Notes: a model not told the origin generated them from the letters alone. A DNA stretch of 64,000 nt from an uncultured Candidatus Saccharibacteria bacterium (GCA_964602975.1 CAZRTH010000001.1:70303-134302); one strand, 5' to 3'; shown: positions 18,986 through 28,079, counted from the stretch's first letter. A program made the numbers and translations.

Positions 18986-19552
18986 TTGAGTATAGAGAAC
19001 TTGCTGGTCGTCGCCAGCATCCTGACCGCTTTCGTCACCTACGTGTTCCTGATTAAAGGTCTGCTTGGGCAGGGTGTCGAGCAAAGTTTCGCCACCTGGT
19101 TTTTGTGGGCGATGCTCGACCTTATCGCCGCTCTGAGCATGATGTTCAAGGGCGGCAACTACCAGCTCGCCCTTTTCTACACATTCTTCGGGACGTTCAT
19201 CTCCGGCCTTCTGCTCTACAAGAAGCAATTCAGCTGGACACGGCTGGAAACGACAGTGACCGGCTTGGTGATAGCCTGCATCGTGATCTGGGCCACAAGT
19301 GGCGACCGTGCCGCAACCATTGCAAGCACTACTGCCATGGCCATTGCCACAGCACCACAGCTCGTCGCTGCTTGGAAAAAGCCGATGACCGCCGGAAGTC
19401 CCTTCATCTGGGGAGGCTATACCGTCGCCAACATCTTCTCGTTCTTCGGAGGCAAAGCCTGGACAGTGGAAGAACGCTTCTATCCGGGAGTCTGCGTTGT
19501 CCTCTGTGTGTGGCTAACCGTCCTCACTAGATCCCAGCTTCGGCGGGCATGA
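18986..19552 (+). CDS. hypothetical polytopic membrane protein (188 aa, 5-6 TM, TTG start)
   Basis: hydrophobic helices throughout; consensus promoter upstream. Confidence 0.6.
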   Translation: MSIENLLVVASILTAFVTYVFLIKGLLGQGVEQSFATWFLWAMLDLIAALSMMFKGGNYQLALFYTFFGTFISGLLLYKKQFSWTRLETTVTGLVIACIVIWATSGDRAATIASTTAMAIATAPQLVAAWKKPMTAGSPFIWGGYTVANIFSFFGGKAWTVEERFYPGVCVVLCVWLTVLTRSQLRRA

Positions 19553-19621
19553 CGCCAAACACAACTCGCAAACCGCGCCCTTCACTGGACGCGGTCTTCT
19601 TTTTTAAAAAACTACTGCGCC

Positions 19622-20239
19622 TTATTTCTTCACCTCCCCTACCTTCACCTTTGGCGGGCGGACGACGCGATCGCCGAGTTTGTAGCCTTTGTTGATGACT
19701 GCGACGATTTTTCCATCCAACGACTTGCCGTCAGGGCCATTCGCGGCAGCACCGGAAAGCTCCACCATCTCAATAGCCTCCTGCTCGAGTGGGCTGTAGT
19801 CGGCGCCGAGTGGATTAAGCTCAACAAGACCGTTCTTTTGCAAAATACCGAGGATCTGCGACTGAATATGCTCAACGCCCATGCGCCAATTCTTGTCCAC
19901 CTTCTCCCAGGCTCCTTTGTTGGATCGTGCCATGTCGAAACTGTCGAGCACAGGCAGCAAGTCGAGGATGAGATCCTCGTTCGCGTATTTCACCAGCTCC
20001 TTCTGTCGTTCCTCGTCGCGCTTCCGGGCGTTCACCATATCTGCCTTTGTACGCTGCCAGCCGGTGAGATAGTCGAGCTTCTCGGCCTCGCACTTCTTCA
20101 GTTTGTCGCGAAGATCTTTAAGCTTGGCTTGGGCGCCTTTCTCGATCCCCTCTTCATTGGTGTCGACAATATCGTCAGTATTTTTGTCATTCATTGCGCT
20201 GGTCATTATACTTTTCAACCACGCACTTTGCAACGCCAT
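19622..20239 (-). CDS. grpE: nucleotide exchange factor GrpE
   Basis: GrpE signature ...DYLTGWQRTKADMVNARKR...LLPVLDSFDMA...; true start possibly Met16 (20194) because TTGCAA-17-TATAAT lies at 20233-20205 inside the first 15 codons. Confidence 0.9.
   Translation of the reverse strand: MALQSAWLKSIMTSAMNDKNTDDIVDTNEEGIEKGAQAKLKDLRDKLKKCEAEKLDYLTGWQRTKADMVNARKRDEERQKELVKYANEDLILDLLPVLDSFDMARSNKGAWEKVDKNWRMGVEHIQSQILGILQKNGLVELNPLGADYSPLEQEAIEMVELSGAAANGPDGKSLDGKIVAVINKGYKLGDRVVRPPKVKVGEVKK
20205..20233 (-). promoter_or_regulatory. sigma70-type promoter TTGCAA-17-TATAAT, 10 nt upstream of an in-frame ATG of grpE
   Basis: near-consensus hexamers on minus strand; would give a (near) leaderless grpE transcript. 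Confidence 0.45.
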
Positions 20240-20288
20240 ATGAAGTGCTACAATATACAGGCACGTCGGTTTTCGAGATTTAAAGGAT

Positions 20289-20939
20289 ATGAAACCCTAT
20301 CATTTAAGCACTCGATTCTATATTATCTTCACCCTGGTGATGCTCGTGCCTGCAGTACTCGTGGCTGAGTATCTTCAGGAGGTCATCTTGGCGCCATTGT
20401 TCGACGTGCTGTTCACCAATCTGATCTTCGACTGGCGACTCATCGAAGCTCCGGTCGCGGCGAGCGTCATCGCCCTTTCTTTTTGGGTGTATGAAGTGTT
20501 TCTGTGGAGATTTCCGCCATTCAAACAACTCCATCCGTGCCCAGACGTAAACGGTCGGTATGAGGGAATTTATATAAGAAACAAGGATCAGGACCCAAAA
20601 AAAGAAAATGACATTGTCTTTGAGATCGAGCACACATTGAGGCACATTTCCGTGGTTTGTTACAGCGAGAAGCGAACCTCACACAGCCTGGTGGCGACCA
20701 TCGGCCAAAATGGGTTCGGTCACTGGTGGGTGTTGATGATCTATCAAAATATGGCGAATGAACACTTTGTCCATCACGGGACGCCGCACACTCATGGCGA
20801 ACGAGGCGTCGCTTTTATCGAGATCAGCAAAAAAGGCAAGGCATTGCACGGCACCTACTTCACCAACCCACAAGACACCGGCGTATATGGAACTTTCCAA
20901 GTGAAATTCAAGGGCGACAAGAAATTCTACGCGCTTTGA
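20289..20939 (+). CDS. hypothetical membrane protein: two N-terminal TM helices plus ~130-aa beta-rich, His-rich C-terminal domain
   Basis: 216 aa; TM1 ~res 10-30 (FYIIFTLVMLVPAVLVAEYL), TM2 ~res 55-76; C-terminal GHWWVLMIYQN...FVHHGTPHTHGERGVAFIEI...GTFQVKFKG. Confidence 0.55.
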   Translation: MKPYHLSTRFYIIFTLVMLVPAVLVAEYLQEVILAPLFDVLFTNLIFDWRLIEAPVAASVIALSFWVYEVFLWRFPPFKQLHPCPDVNGRYEGIYIRNKDQDPKKENDIVFEIEHTLRHISVVCYSEKRTSHSLVATIGQNGFGHWWVLMIYQNMANEHFVHHGTPHTHGERGVAFIEISKKGKALHGTYFTNPQDTGVYGTFQVKFKGDKKFYAL

Positions 20940-21057
20940 TCGGAAGTTTTAGCTAAAGGATATCCACAGGGCAAGAACGCTTTTTGTTGACGGCGCCTTT
21001 CAACGGCGTACCATTATATGTAGCAGTCCTCTGAAACAATCAACCAGCTTCAGAACT

Positions 21058-21981
21058 ATGTATATTCCCGACTACTTCCTTCCGATCAACAAGAGCGGCG
21101 CCATTCGGCTGCTCCTGCTTGGCCAGCGAGACAGGACGCCCGCAGTCATCCGTGCGTTCAATGAACGATACGTTTGGAGAGATCTGCCGGACGACGTGCA
21201 ACGAATGCATTTGGCCTGCAGCCGCTGGCACACCGCACAAACAGTATGCGTCGGCGAGTCGGCTACAGTGCTCCGCTTCCTCTGGTGGCACATGAACGAT
21301 ACCGGCATCCACAAAGGCTTGGAACGAGCCGGCACTTTGGTAAGCAGACGGGTGACCTTGAAACCGGAGATGCTGGGATGGCCGCTCGAGCAACTGATCG
21401 ACCCGGCTCACGTGCCTGAGCGCACCAGCCAGCTCGCAAGCGCCGCGATCCTGCATCACCCTGACCGACACCCTCGGCTGAAAGGAGTGCGTTTCCATAT
21501 CGACGCCACCTACGAAGCGCTCGATGATTGGAATGGCGGATACACTGATCCGGCAAAAGTTCCCGCGGTCGGGATCGACCCAACGATCAAACGACAAGCC
21601 GAAACCTTCTTGGCAATGCTACGAGGCGAGGCATCGTCCTATGAGCCCCAGCAGGTGGAAGACTTCCCGTTCTCATTCCTCGTCCGCGGGACGCCGACGA
21701 TCGCCGAAGCCGCCGAACGCTGGCCGAATTTGGCCGACCATGAGAGCAATCGCCTGAAAGCAGTCACGAATGCCTGCGAAGAATGGCGGGTGTCCAGAAC
21801 GATCAGTAGTTACGACCATCGGATCGTTCAGGCTACCGCCATGTATGCCATGATCCAGGGCTATTCGCCCCAAAGGCTCAAAGAATCCGTCGAGCACCCT
21901 GAAGTGGTTGCCAAGAGCTGGCCCCAGTTCTGGCGCTTTCTCCAGTTCGCCCACGGCCAAGTAGCCCAACGGCAGAGCTGA
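21058..21981 (+). CDS. hypothetical protein (307 aa) in locally GC-elevated segment
   Basis: longest ORF; antisense ORFs look spurious; no recognised motif; hairpin GCAGGC-tcac-GCCTGC at ~22013-22028 downstream. Confidence 0.45.
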   Translation: MYIPDYFLPINKSGAIRLLLLGQRDRTPAVIRAFNERYVWRDLPDDVQRMHLACSRWHTAQTVCVGESATVLRFLWWHMNDTGIHKGLERAGTLVSRRVTLKPEMLGWPLEQLIDPAHVPERTSQLASAAILHHPDRHPRLKGVRFHIDATYEALDDWNGGYTDPAKVPAVGIDPTIKRQAETFLAMLRGEASSYEPQQVEDFPFSFLVRGTPTIAEAAERWPNLADHESNRLKAVTNACEEWRVSRTISSYDHRIVQATAMYAMIQGYSPQRLKESVEHPEVVAKSWPQFWRFLQFAHGQVAQRQS

Positions 21982-22051
21982 GACACTCAAGTTGCACATC
22001 ATCAACACATCGCCGCAGGCTCACGCCTGCGGCTTTCTTACCTCGTTTTTT

Positions 22052-22321
22052 CTATCCCATCGACTTTTTTCCCGCTCCCGCACCTATCAACAACAACTTT
22101 TCTCTTCGGGACATTTTCTTGATCTCCCATTCCCTTTTCAATCCGCGACTCAACGTCCGAAGCTTTTCCGAATACACTAGACTCACCGGCCTGCGCGATT
22201 TTGTATATCTCGCGCCCGTCTTTAGATCATTGTGCACCCGCACTCGCCTCTCTACATCATTCGTCGAGCCGGTGTACAAGGTCCCATCGCGACATTTCAA
22301 TATATACACATAATACACCAA
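22052..22321 (-). CDS. GIY-YIG nuclease family protein (short, ~89 aa)
   Basis: VYYVYILKCRDGTLYTGSTNDVERRVRVHN... GIY-YIG core; start likely TTG/GTG at ~22321-22316 just after TATACT -10 (22336-22331); ORF track extends to 22402. Confidence 0.7.
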   Translation of the reverse strand: MVYYVYILKCRDGTLYTGSTNDVERRVRVHNDLKTGARYTKSRRPVSLVYSEKLRTLSRGLKREWEIKKMSRREKLLLIGAGAGKKSMG

Positions 22322-22567
22322 GGTAGTCACAGTATAGCAAAATAAAAAAAGCGCCAAGGGCGGAAACCGTCCCCCCTTGGCACCTGAGACACAATCTCTC
22401 ATTGATAGGCAGGCATCTCTACCGCGCTACCAACCAGCTGTCCTTAAAAGAGCTCACCTTGGCGCTGGCTGCGCCACATTGCTCGGGCCCAACTGGCCAA
22501 AATCATCCTAACAAACCTGAAGCGCACGCACAAGCCATCCAGCTTGGAGCCTGCAGCGAAATGTGCA

Positions 22568-22677
22568 GGAAAGACGAAACAGCATTCTGAGGGAACTGCG
22601 GAGGCCGACGGGCCGAGCCGGAGCAAAATTTCAGCAGAAATTTATGCGTATCCCGAAGAATGCTGTTTCGTCTTTCC
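22568..22677. repeat. perfect 21-bp inverted repeat (GGAAAGACGAAACAGCATTCT ... AGAATGCTGTTTCGTCTTTCC) with 68-nt loop, 10 nt downstream of rpsI stop
   Basis: arms 22568-22588 and 22657-22677 are exact reverse complements. Confidence 0.8.
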
Positions 22678-22686
22678 CTACTTATT

Positions 22687-23097
22687 TTATCGCTTGCTCC
22701 ACGCTGGAGACTTTCGTGCCTTCTTCAAACCGAACTTCCTTCGCTCCTTTGCTCGAGGATCTCGCTTCAAAAAGCCTTCCTTCTTTAGGGACTTTCGGAG
22801 CTCGATGTCGTGTACGATCAACGCTCGGGCGATGCCATGTCGAAGCGCCTCGGCCTGAGAGTGGATGCCGCCACCGGAGAGCATCGCAGTCACCTTGAAC
22901 TTCTCCGCGGTCTTCGCTAGAGCATCCATAGCGATCTGCTGCAATTCAGCTGTCGGGAAATAGGTATTCAAATCCTTCTCATTCAATGTGAACGAGGTCT
23001 TGCTCGCAGGAGTGATGCGGACGCTCGCGATGGAGGTCTTGCGTCGGCCAATGCCCTGGGTGTACTTTTTGTCTGATGCGGTAGTGTTTGATGTCAT
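22687..23097 (-). CDS. rpsI: 30S ribosomal protein S9
   Basis: 136 aa; C-terminus ...KARKSPAWSKR typical of S9. Confidence 0.93.
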   Translation of the reverse strand: MTSNTTASDKKYTQGIGRRKTSIASVRITPASKTSFTLNEKDLNTYFPTAELQQIAMDALAKTAEKFKVTAMLSGGGIHSQAEALRHGIARALIVHDIELRKSLKKEGFLKRDPRAKERRKFGLKKARKSPAWSKR

Positions 23098-23118
23098 GGG
23101 AGGTTATACAATATCGGA

Positions 23119-23466
23119 TTACTCGCTGATGGTCAAACGCTTCATCATTCCTGGACGGAGGCGGTTGTTTGGGATCATGCCATGGATCGCAAGGCGGAAC
23201 AGCTCGCTGTATCCCTTCTTTGCCACAATATCCACCATGTTTGGAGTCTTCAAACCGCCTGGAAAGCCGCTATATCGAGCGTAGGTGGTCTGCTTCATCT
23301 TGTTGGTACCGATAGAGGCCTTTGAGGCGTTTACGATCTCTACAGAGACATCGGTCGGTGCGGCATTGCGAACAAAAGAAGTGAGATTTTTGCCCATGAG
23401 GAGAGATGCGGCTTTTGTGGCCACTCGTCCCAGCTTCTGGTCTTTTGCATCGATCGTGTGTTTCAT
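23119..23466 (-). CDS. rplM: 50S ribosomal protein L13
   Basis: 115 aa; MKHTIDAKDQKLGRVATKAASLLMGK L13 N-terminus. Confidence 0.93.
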   Translation of the reverse strand: MKHTIDAKDQKLGRVATKAASLLMGKNLTSFVRNAAPTDVSVEIVNASKASIGTNKMKQTTYARYSGFPGGLKTPNMVDIVAKKGYSELFRLAIHGMIPNNRLRPGMMKRLTISE

Positions 23467-23487
23467 GGAAGTGTGATAAAGGGTTGA

Positions 23488-23841
23488 TTATTTTACAAAC
23501 TGGATGACCGCCATTCGAGCAGAGTCGCTCTTTCGTGCCGGGAGCTTGATCACTCGGGTGTATCCGCCGTTTCGAGTCTTGAACGAAGGGCCGATCTCGG
23601 TGAAGAGCTTCTTCACTGCAGATGCAGAGCCGATTCGAGCCATCACCAATCGTCGGTTGAACACGGTGTCGGTCTTTGCACGTGTCACCATCGGCTCGAT
23701 GAATGGTCGGATCTCCTTTGCCTTCGCCTCTGTGGTCATGATCTGGCCATGATTCACCAACGCGAGAGCAAGCGACTTGAGCAAGGCGCTGCGCTGCCCT
23801 GTTTCTCGTCCGAATACTCGATTTTTATTATGGTGTCTCAT
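23488..23841 (-). CDS. rplQ: 50S ribosomal protein L17
   Basis: 117 aa; MRHHNKNRVFGRETGQRSALLKSLA. Confidence 0.93.
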   Translation of the reverse strand: MRHHNKNRVFGRETGQRSALLKSLALALVNHGQIMTTEAKAKEIRPFIEPMVTRAKTDTVFNRRLVMARIGSASAVKKLFTEIGPSFKTRNGGYTRVIKLPARKSDSARMAVIQFVK

Positions 23842-23850
23842 GGGCGAAGA

Positions 23851-24831
23851 TTATTTTAATGAAATGCCGTATTTATTCAAGAACTTCTTGATCTCCTGCA
23901 CGCCCTTGCTGCCAAGTCCGTCGATATCAAGAATATCCTCCTCCTTCTTTCGGACCAATCCTCCGAGGGTTCGGATGTTGGCGCTCGTGAGAGCATTGAG
24001 CGTTCGAGGTGACAGATCGAGAGTCTCGATTCGAGTCTTCAAAAGCTCTGGATCGATCTCTTTCTTTGAGGCCTTGTCGGAAGCTTCGTCTGCCTCGGCT
24101 GCCTTCATTGCCTTTTCCTCGGCTGGGACGATCTCCTCTTCCTTGAAGCCAACGATCGCCTTGAGCTGCTCGATCATGGTGACGATCGACTGCTCGAGAG
24201 CGGCGTGAGGAGTGATGGTGCCGTCAGTCTCAATGAAAAGCTTGATTCGGTTGAAGTCAGTACGATTGCCGACTCGCATGTTCTCTACTTCGTAGTTTGC
24301 GCGCTTGATCGGGGTGAAAATAGCGTCGAGAGCGATAGCGCCAATATCAACGCGCTCTTTCTGGATGATCTCCTTTGGCACGTAGCCAAGACCCTTCTGC
24401 GCGGTGAGCTCGATCTCCAAAGTGGTGTTCTTGTCGGTGACTGAAGCAATATGCTGATCCTTGTTGATGATGACAACCTGACCCGGAGCGTCGATATCGG
24501 CGCCGGTGGCATTCTTCACGCCCTTCACTCGGAGGTTAAGAGTCTGAGGCTCGTCGGTGAGGAGCTGGATGCGGAGCTTCTTGAGATTCAAAAGGATAGT
24601 GATCACGTCCTCCTTGACGCCTTCGATGGTTGAGAATTCATGTGACACGCCGGTGATCTTCACCGATGTCACCGCTGCGCCAGGGAGAGACGACAAAATG
24701 ATGCGTCGAAGAGAGTTGCCGAGAGTGTGGCCGTATCCTGGATAGAGTCCGTCGATCTCGTAGATGCCAACAGAACCATCTTCTTTGATGATGCGAGGCT
24801 TTGATGGGAGCACGATATTCTGATCAGTCAT
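23851..24831 (-). CDS. rpoA: DNA-directed RNA polymerase subunit alpha
   Basis: N-terminal domain (IEIDGLYPGYGHTLGNSLRRIILSSLPG) and C-terminal domain (LDLSPRTLNALTSANIRTLGGL); start set at MTDQNIV (ORF track runs 54 codons further upstream into rpsD). Confidence 0.93.
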   Translation of the reverse strand: MTDQNIVLPSKPRIIKEDGSVGIYEIDGLYPGYGHTLGNSLRRIILSSLPGAAVTSVKITGVSHEFSTIEGVKEDVITILLNLKKLRIQLLTDEPQTLNLRVKGVKNATGADIDAPGQVVIINKDQHIASVTDKNTTLEIELTAQKGLGYVPKEIIQKERVDIGAIALDAIFTPIKRANYEVENMRVGNRTDFNRIKLFIETDGTITPHAALEQSIVTMIEQLKAIVGFKEEEIVPAEEKAMKAAEADEASDKASKKEIDPELLKTRIETLDLSPRTLNALTSANIRTLGGLVRKKEEDILDIDGLGSKGVQEIKKFLNKYGISLK

Positions 24832-24862
24832 GTGATTGTTGTTATATAAAAATGATTGATAA

Positions 24863-25477
24863 TTATCGCTTGTAGAACTCCAGGATCGCGCCAATATCGA
24901 AAGGCGTCTCACCGGCAACAAACTTCGGCATTCCAACGATCTCGGCTCGTTTCTTCTCCGACTCGCTCTTGATCCAATTGACCGAGGGCGCATTCTTCAT
25001 CTTTTCGCTCGCCTGCTCGAACAGTTTTTTCTTCTGGCTGCCGTCGCGGAGAGTGAGCGCATCCTTCTCGGATACGGTGTATGAAGGAATGGTGCACTTC
25101 ACGCCGTTCACGAGGATGTGGCCGTGAGAGACCATCTGTCGAGCGAGGAGACGAGAGTTGGCCAAGCCAAGACGATACACGACGTTGTCGAGACGAGTTT
25201 CGAGAGCACGGAAGAGCGCCTCGTCTGGGTGGAGCTTGGTCTGAGCGATGGCCTTTCGGACATAGTTTCGAAACTGCTTCTCCATGACGCCGTAAGTGAA
25301 ACGCGCGCGCTGTTTCTCGATGAGCTGAGCGCCGAACTCGCTCTTTGGGCGAGGCTTTTTGCCATCCTTGCCGCCATTTCGGCGAGCTACAGACGCGGCA
25401 AACTTTGGCGTCTGTGTCTTATCGAAAACAGAAGCTCCTAGTCGTCGTGCAATCTTGTACTTTGGACCAATTTTCAT
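24863..25477 (-). CDS. rpsD: 30S ribosomal protein S4
   Basis: 204 aa; MKIGPKYKIARRLGASVF... S4 N-terminus, S4 RNA-binding domain. Confidence 0.93.
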   Translation of the reverse strand: MKIGPKYKIARRLGASVFDKTQTPKFAASVARRNGGKDGKKPRPKSEFGAQLIEKQRARFTYGVMEKQFRNYVRKAIAQTKLHPDEALFRALETRLDNVVYRLGLANSRLLARQMVSHGHILVNGVKCTIPSYTVSEKDALTLRDGSQKKKLFEQASEKMKNAPSVNWIKSESEKKRAEIVGMPKFVAGETPFDIGAILEFYKR

Positions 25478-25498
25478 GTGAGTACGATGATTATATTA

Positions 25499-25963
25499 TT
25501 AAACGCGTCGTGGTTTCTTTGGCTTCGGACCGTTGTGAGGCACCGGAGTCACGTCTTTAATAGAGGTGATGGTGAAGCCTTTTGATACAAATCCTCGAAC
25601 GGCTGATTCACGACCTGAACCGACGCCCTTCACGATCACTGCGATCTCCTTGAGGCCGAGAGGTGCTGCCTTTGCGGCCAAGGTCTCTCCCACTTTTGCC
25701 GCAGCAAAAGGAGTGCCCTTCTTTGCACCCTTGAAACCGAGAGCTCCGGCTGATGACCAAAATACCGCATTTCCCTTTGGATCAGCAAAAACCACCTTAG
25801 TGTTGTTGTAGGTGGACTGCACGTACAAGATACCGCTGTCGAGCTTGAGCTTCGAGGCCTTCGAAGGCGCAGCGACTACCGCCTTCTCCGCTGGAGCGGC
25901 GGCTTTGCCTCCTTTCGGGGACAAGTCGGTCTTTTTTACTTCGGTGTTCTTTGGGGTTGCCAT
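25499..25963 (-). CDS. rpsK: 30S ribosomal protein S11 (with ~45-aa basic N-terminal extension)
   Basis: C-terminal ...KGVGSGRESAVRGFVSKGFTITSIKDVTPVPHNGPKPKKPRRV. Confidence 0.93.
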   Translation of the reverse strand: MATPKNTEVKKTDLSPKGGKAAAPAEKAVVAAPSKASKLKLDSGILYVQSTYNNTKVVFADPKGNAVFWSSAGALGFKGAKKGTPFAAAKVGETLAAKAAPLGLKEIAVIVKGVGSGRESAVRGFVSKGFTITSIKDVTPVPHNGPKPKKPRRV

Positions 25964-25984
25964 AAAATGTATAAATGATTGGGA

Positions 25985-26365
25985 TTACTTCTTCTCAACT
26001 GCCTTTCGTCCGGAACCCATGGTCTTTCGGACATTGCCTCGGACAGTTCGAGAGTTGGTCTTGGTGCGCTGACCGTGCACTGGGAGGCGGCGGAGGTGTC
26101 GGATGCCTCGGTATGCCTTGATATCCTTCAATCGCTTCACGTTGCCTGCCACTTCTCGCTTGAGATCTCCTTCGATCTTGTAATCCTCGATCATTTTTCG
26201 GATCTCATTCTCTTCGTCGACGGTCAGATCCTTTGCCTTCTTGCCAAAATTTACATTGGCTCGGGTCAGGATAGTCTGAGCAAGCGGACGGCCGATTCCG
26301 TAGACCGCTGTGAGGGCGATCTCGATCCGCTTCTCGTCTGGAATGGTGATACCTGAAATACGCAT
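25985..26365 (-). CDS. rpsM: 30S ribosomal protein S13
   Basis: 126 aa; MRISGITIPDEKRIEIALTAVYGIG. Confidence 0.93.
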   Translation of the reverse strand: MRISGITIPDEKRIEIALTAVYGIGRPLAQTILTRANVNFGKKAKDLTVDEENEIRKMIEDYKIEGDLKREVAGNVKRLKDIKAYRGIRHLRRLPVHGQRTKTNSRTVRGNVRKTMGSGRKAVEKK

Positions 26366-26392
26366 GGGATACAGTATGGTTTAAATAAATAA

Positions 26393-26509
26393 TTAGCCTT
26401 GGCGCTGCTTGTGGCGCGGGTTGGATGCACACACCACATACACATAGCCCTTTCGTCGGACGGTCTTGCACTGAGCGCACACTTTTTTTACGGATGCTTT
26501 TACTCTCAT
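26393..26509 (-). CDS. rpmJ: 50S ribosomal protein L36 (38 aa; below the ORF-track length cutoff)
   Basis: hand translation [38 protein letters not shown] with C-x2-C-x12-C-x4-H zinc ribbon; lies between infA and rpsM as expected. Confidence 0.9.
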   Translation of the reverse strand: MRVKASVKKVCAQCKTVRRKGYVYVVCASNPRHKQRQG

Positions 26510-26515
26510 TGGTGT

Positions 26516-26731
26516 TTACAATCGTTTAGTAATACGCCCTTTGCCGCCATACGGGTCGATTTCTACTTTCACCTTATCGCCAATCAATACTCGGATATGA
26601 TTCATCCGCATTTTGCCTGCAAGGTACGCCATTATTTCTGTTTCCTGGCCTTCGAGCCTGACCTTAAACAAGGTGTTAGGAAGCGCCTCCGTGACGACTC
26701 CTAAAACGCCTGTATCTGGTTTCTTCTCCAT
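26516..26731 (-). CDS. infA: translation initiation factor IF-1
   Basis: 71 aa; ...[46 protein letters not shown]. Confidence 0.93.
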   Translation of the reverse strand: MEKKPDTGVLGVVTEALPNTLFKVRLEGQETEIMAYLAGKMRMNHIRVLIGDKVKVEIDPYGGKGRITKRL

Positions 26732-26805
26732 ATATAAATCCTGTAAAAACAGTGAATAGCATCATAACAAAAATAGGCCATAAAAGTCAAGCACCAGCCT
26801 GTGGA

Positions 26806-28050
26806 CTAGCCTTTTTGTTCGATGATCTGGATGCGGTCGACGTCATCTGGGAAGGTAGTTCGCCAAAAAGGACGGACCACTGCCTTGATCGGGGTGACTT
26901 CGCTAAAACCCGCCATGATCCCCTTGAATGAATCGGTTTTTTGGGATACCAGCGCCTCTTTGATCTTTGCAGTGTCGTAGAGCCAAACGAGACTAGCGGT
27001 ACCAGAGACACTGAGCTTGATCGGATCGCGATCAAAGACGCCCACCGACATGTTCTGCGGAACGACTTCGAGACCTTCGACCGTTTTGAGGTCCACTGGT
27101 TTTTCGTCGTATCCATTGAGCGATTTTGTGGCGATCGCTTTGGCAAGCATCTTTCGATCCAACATGAGACCGGTGAGGATCACCTTTTGGGTCAGCACCA
27201 CTGTATCAGTGTCTTTGTTTTGATTCGGCAACTGCTCCACACTAAACAATGTTGCTCTATCGAAAAATGCATACCCCTCGGGTGTCTGCGCTCGAGCGGA
27301 GGCGATGAGGCGTGTTTTGAGGTCAGCGATCATTGTGTCGCGTGCAGTCTTTTCATCAGCCACCTTCACCACTCGTACCACACCTTTGCTGCCGCCGGTC
27401 ATCGCGATTTTCGAGCGTGCATAGATATTTTTGTACTTTTCCGGAGTTGATTTGAAACCTGGGATAGTGAAGTCGGTGAGGCCTATGTTGTATTCCGGAC
27501 CAGCGACGTCAGCGTAAACTGTCACTTCGATACTGCCCGGTACGGTTCCCTTCTTTCCTGGAATAGTGACTGGCTCAGAAATTCGATAGATGAGACCTTC
27601 AGGAGTCTGAAATCGGGTGTTGCGGATGAGTCGCTGGGTGGCGGTGGTGTCGTTGTTGTAGATGACGATCTGTCCGGAGGCCTTCTTTTCCTCCATTCGG
27701 GTGCCTTGAGCAATGACTTCTTTTTGGGATTGGTCGGACAAGGTCACGAGCTGGTATGTAATATCCGTGCCCTTGGCTGTTTTACCGGCGAGCAGCGTAA
27801 TATTGACAGGCGTCTTCTGAGTGAGCGGATCAAGAGTGATCGTGGCTCCGGTAAAGAGCGAGGACACAACGAAAAATAGGACGGCGAGGCAGGCGACTAC
27901 CAGCGTCCAAAGGATACTGCGGCGAATCTTCAGCTGAGGGTCGCTGCCGGCATCACCAGAGCGATCTGATCGACCGCGCATTGAAGCCGGAATGATCCGT
28001 ATACTACGGCGCTCCGAAGGGCGCACATCATTGATAATAGGCCTCGACAT
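26806..28050 (-). CDS. hypothetical bitopic membrane protein (414 aa; Arg-rich cytoplasmic N-terminus, one TM, large extracytoplasmic domain)
   Basis: TM ~res 46-66 (ILWTLVVACLAVLFFVVSSLF); no recognised motifs. Confidence 0.6.
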   Translation of the reverse strand: MSRPIINDVRPSERRSIRIIPASMRGRSDRSGDAGSDPQLKIRRSILWTLVVACLAVLFFVVSSLFTGATITLDPLTQKTPVNITLLAGKTAKGTDITYQLVTLSDQSQKEVIAQGTRMEEKKASGQIVIYNNDTTATQRLIRNTRFQTPEGLIYRISEPVTIPGKKGTVPGSIEVTVYADVAGPEYNIGLTDFTIPGFKSTPEKYKNIYARSKIAMTGGSKGVVRVVKVADEKTARDTMIADLKTRLIASARAQTPEGYAFFDRATLFSVEQLPNQNKDTDTVVLTQKVILTGLMLDRKMLAKAIATKSLNGYDEKPVDLKTVEGLEVVPQNMSVGVFDRDPIKLSVSGTASLVWLYDTAKIKEALVSQKTDSFKGIMAGFSEVTPIKAVVRPFWRTTFPDDVDRIQIIEQKG

Positions 28051-28079
28051 GCCGGTAGTATATCAAAGATTTCGCAATA

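Noticed and set aside
21040-22008. Minus-strand ORFs 21040-21597 and 21673-22008 opposite the 307-aa gene
   Set aside because: They are shorter and their products look like antisense translation of GC-rich coding DNA. The plus ORF is continuous over the whole segment and ends at a hairpin.
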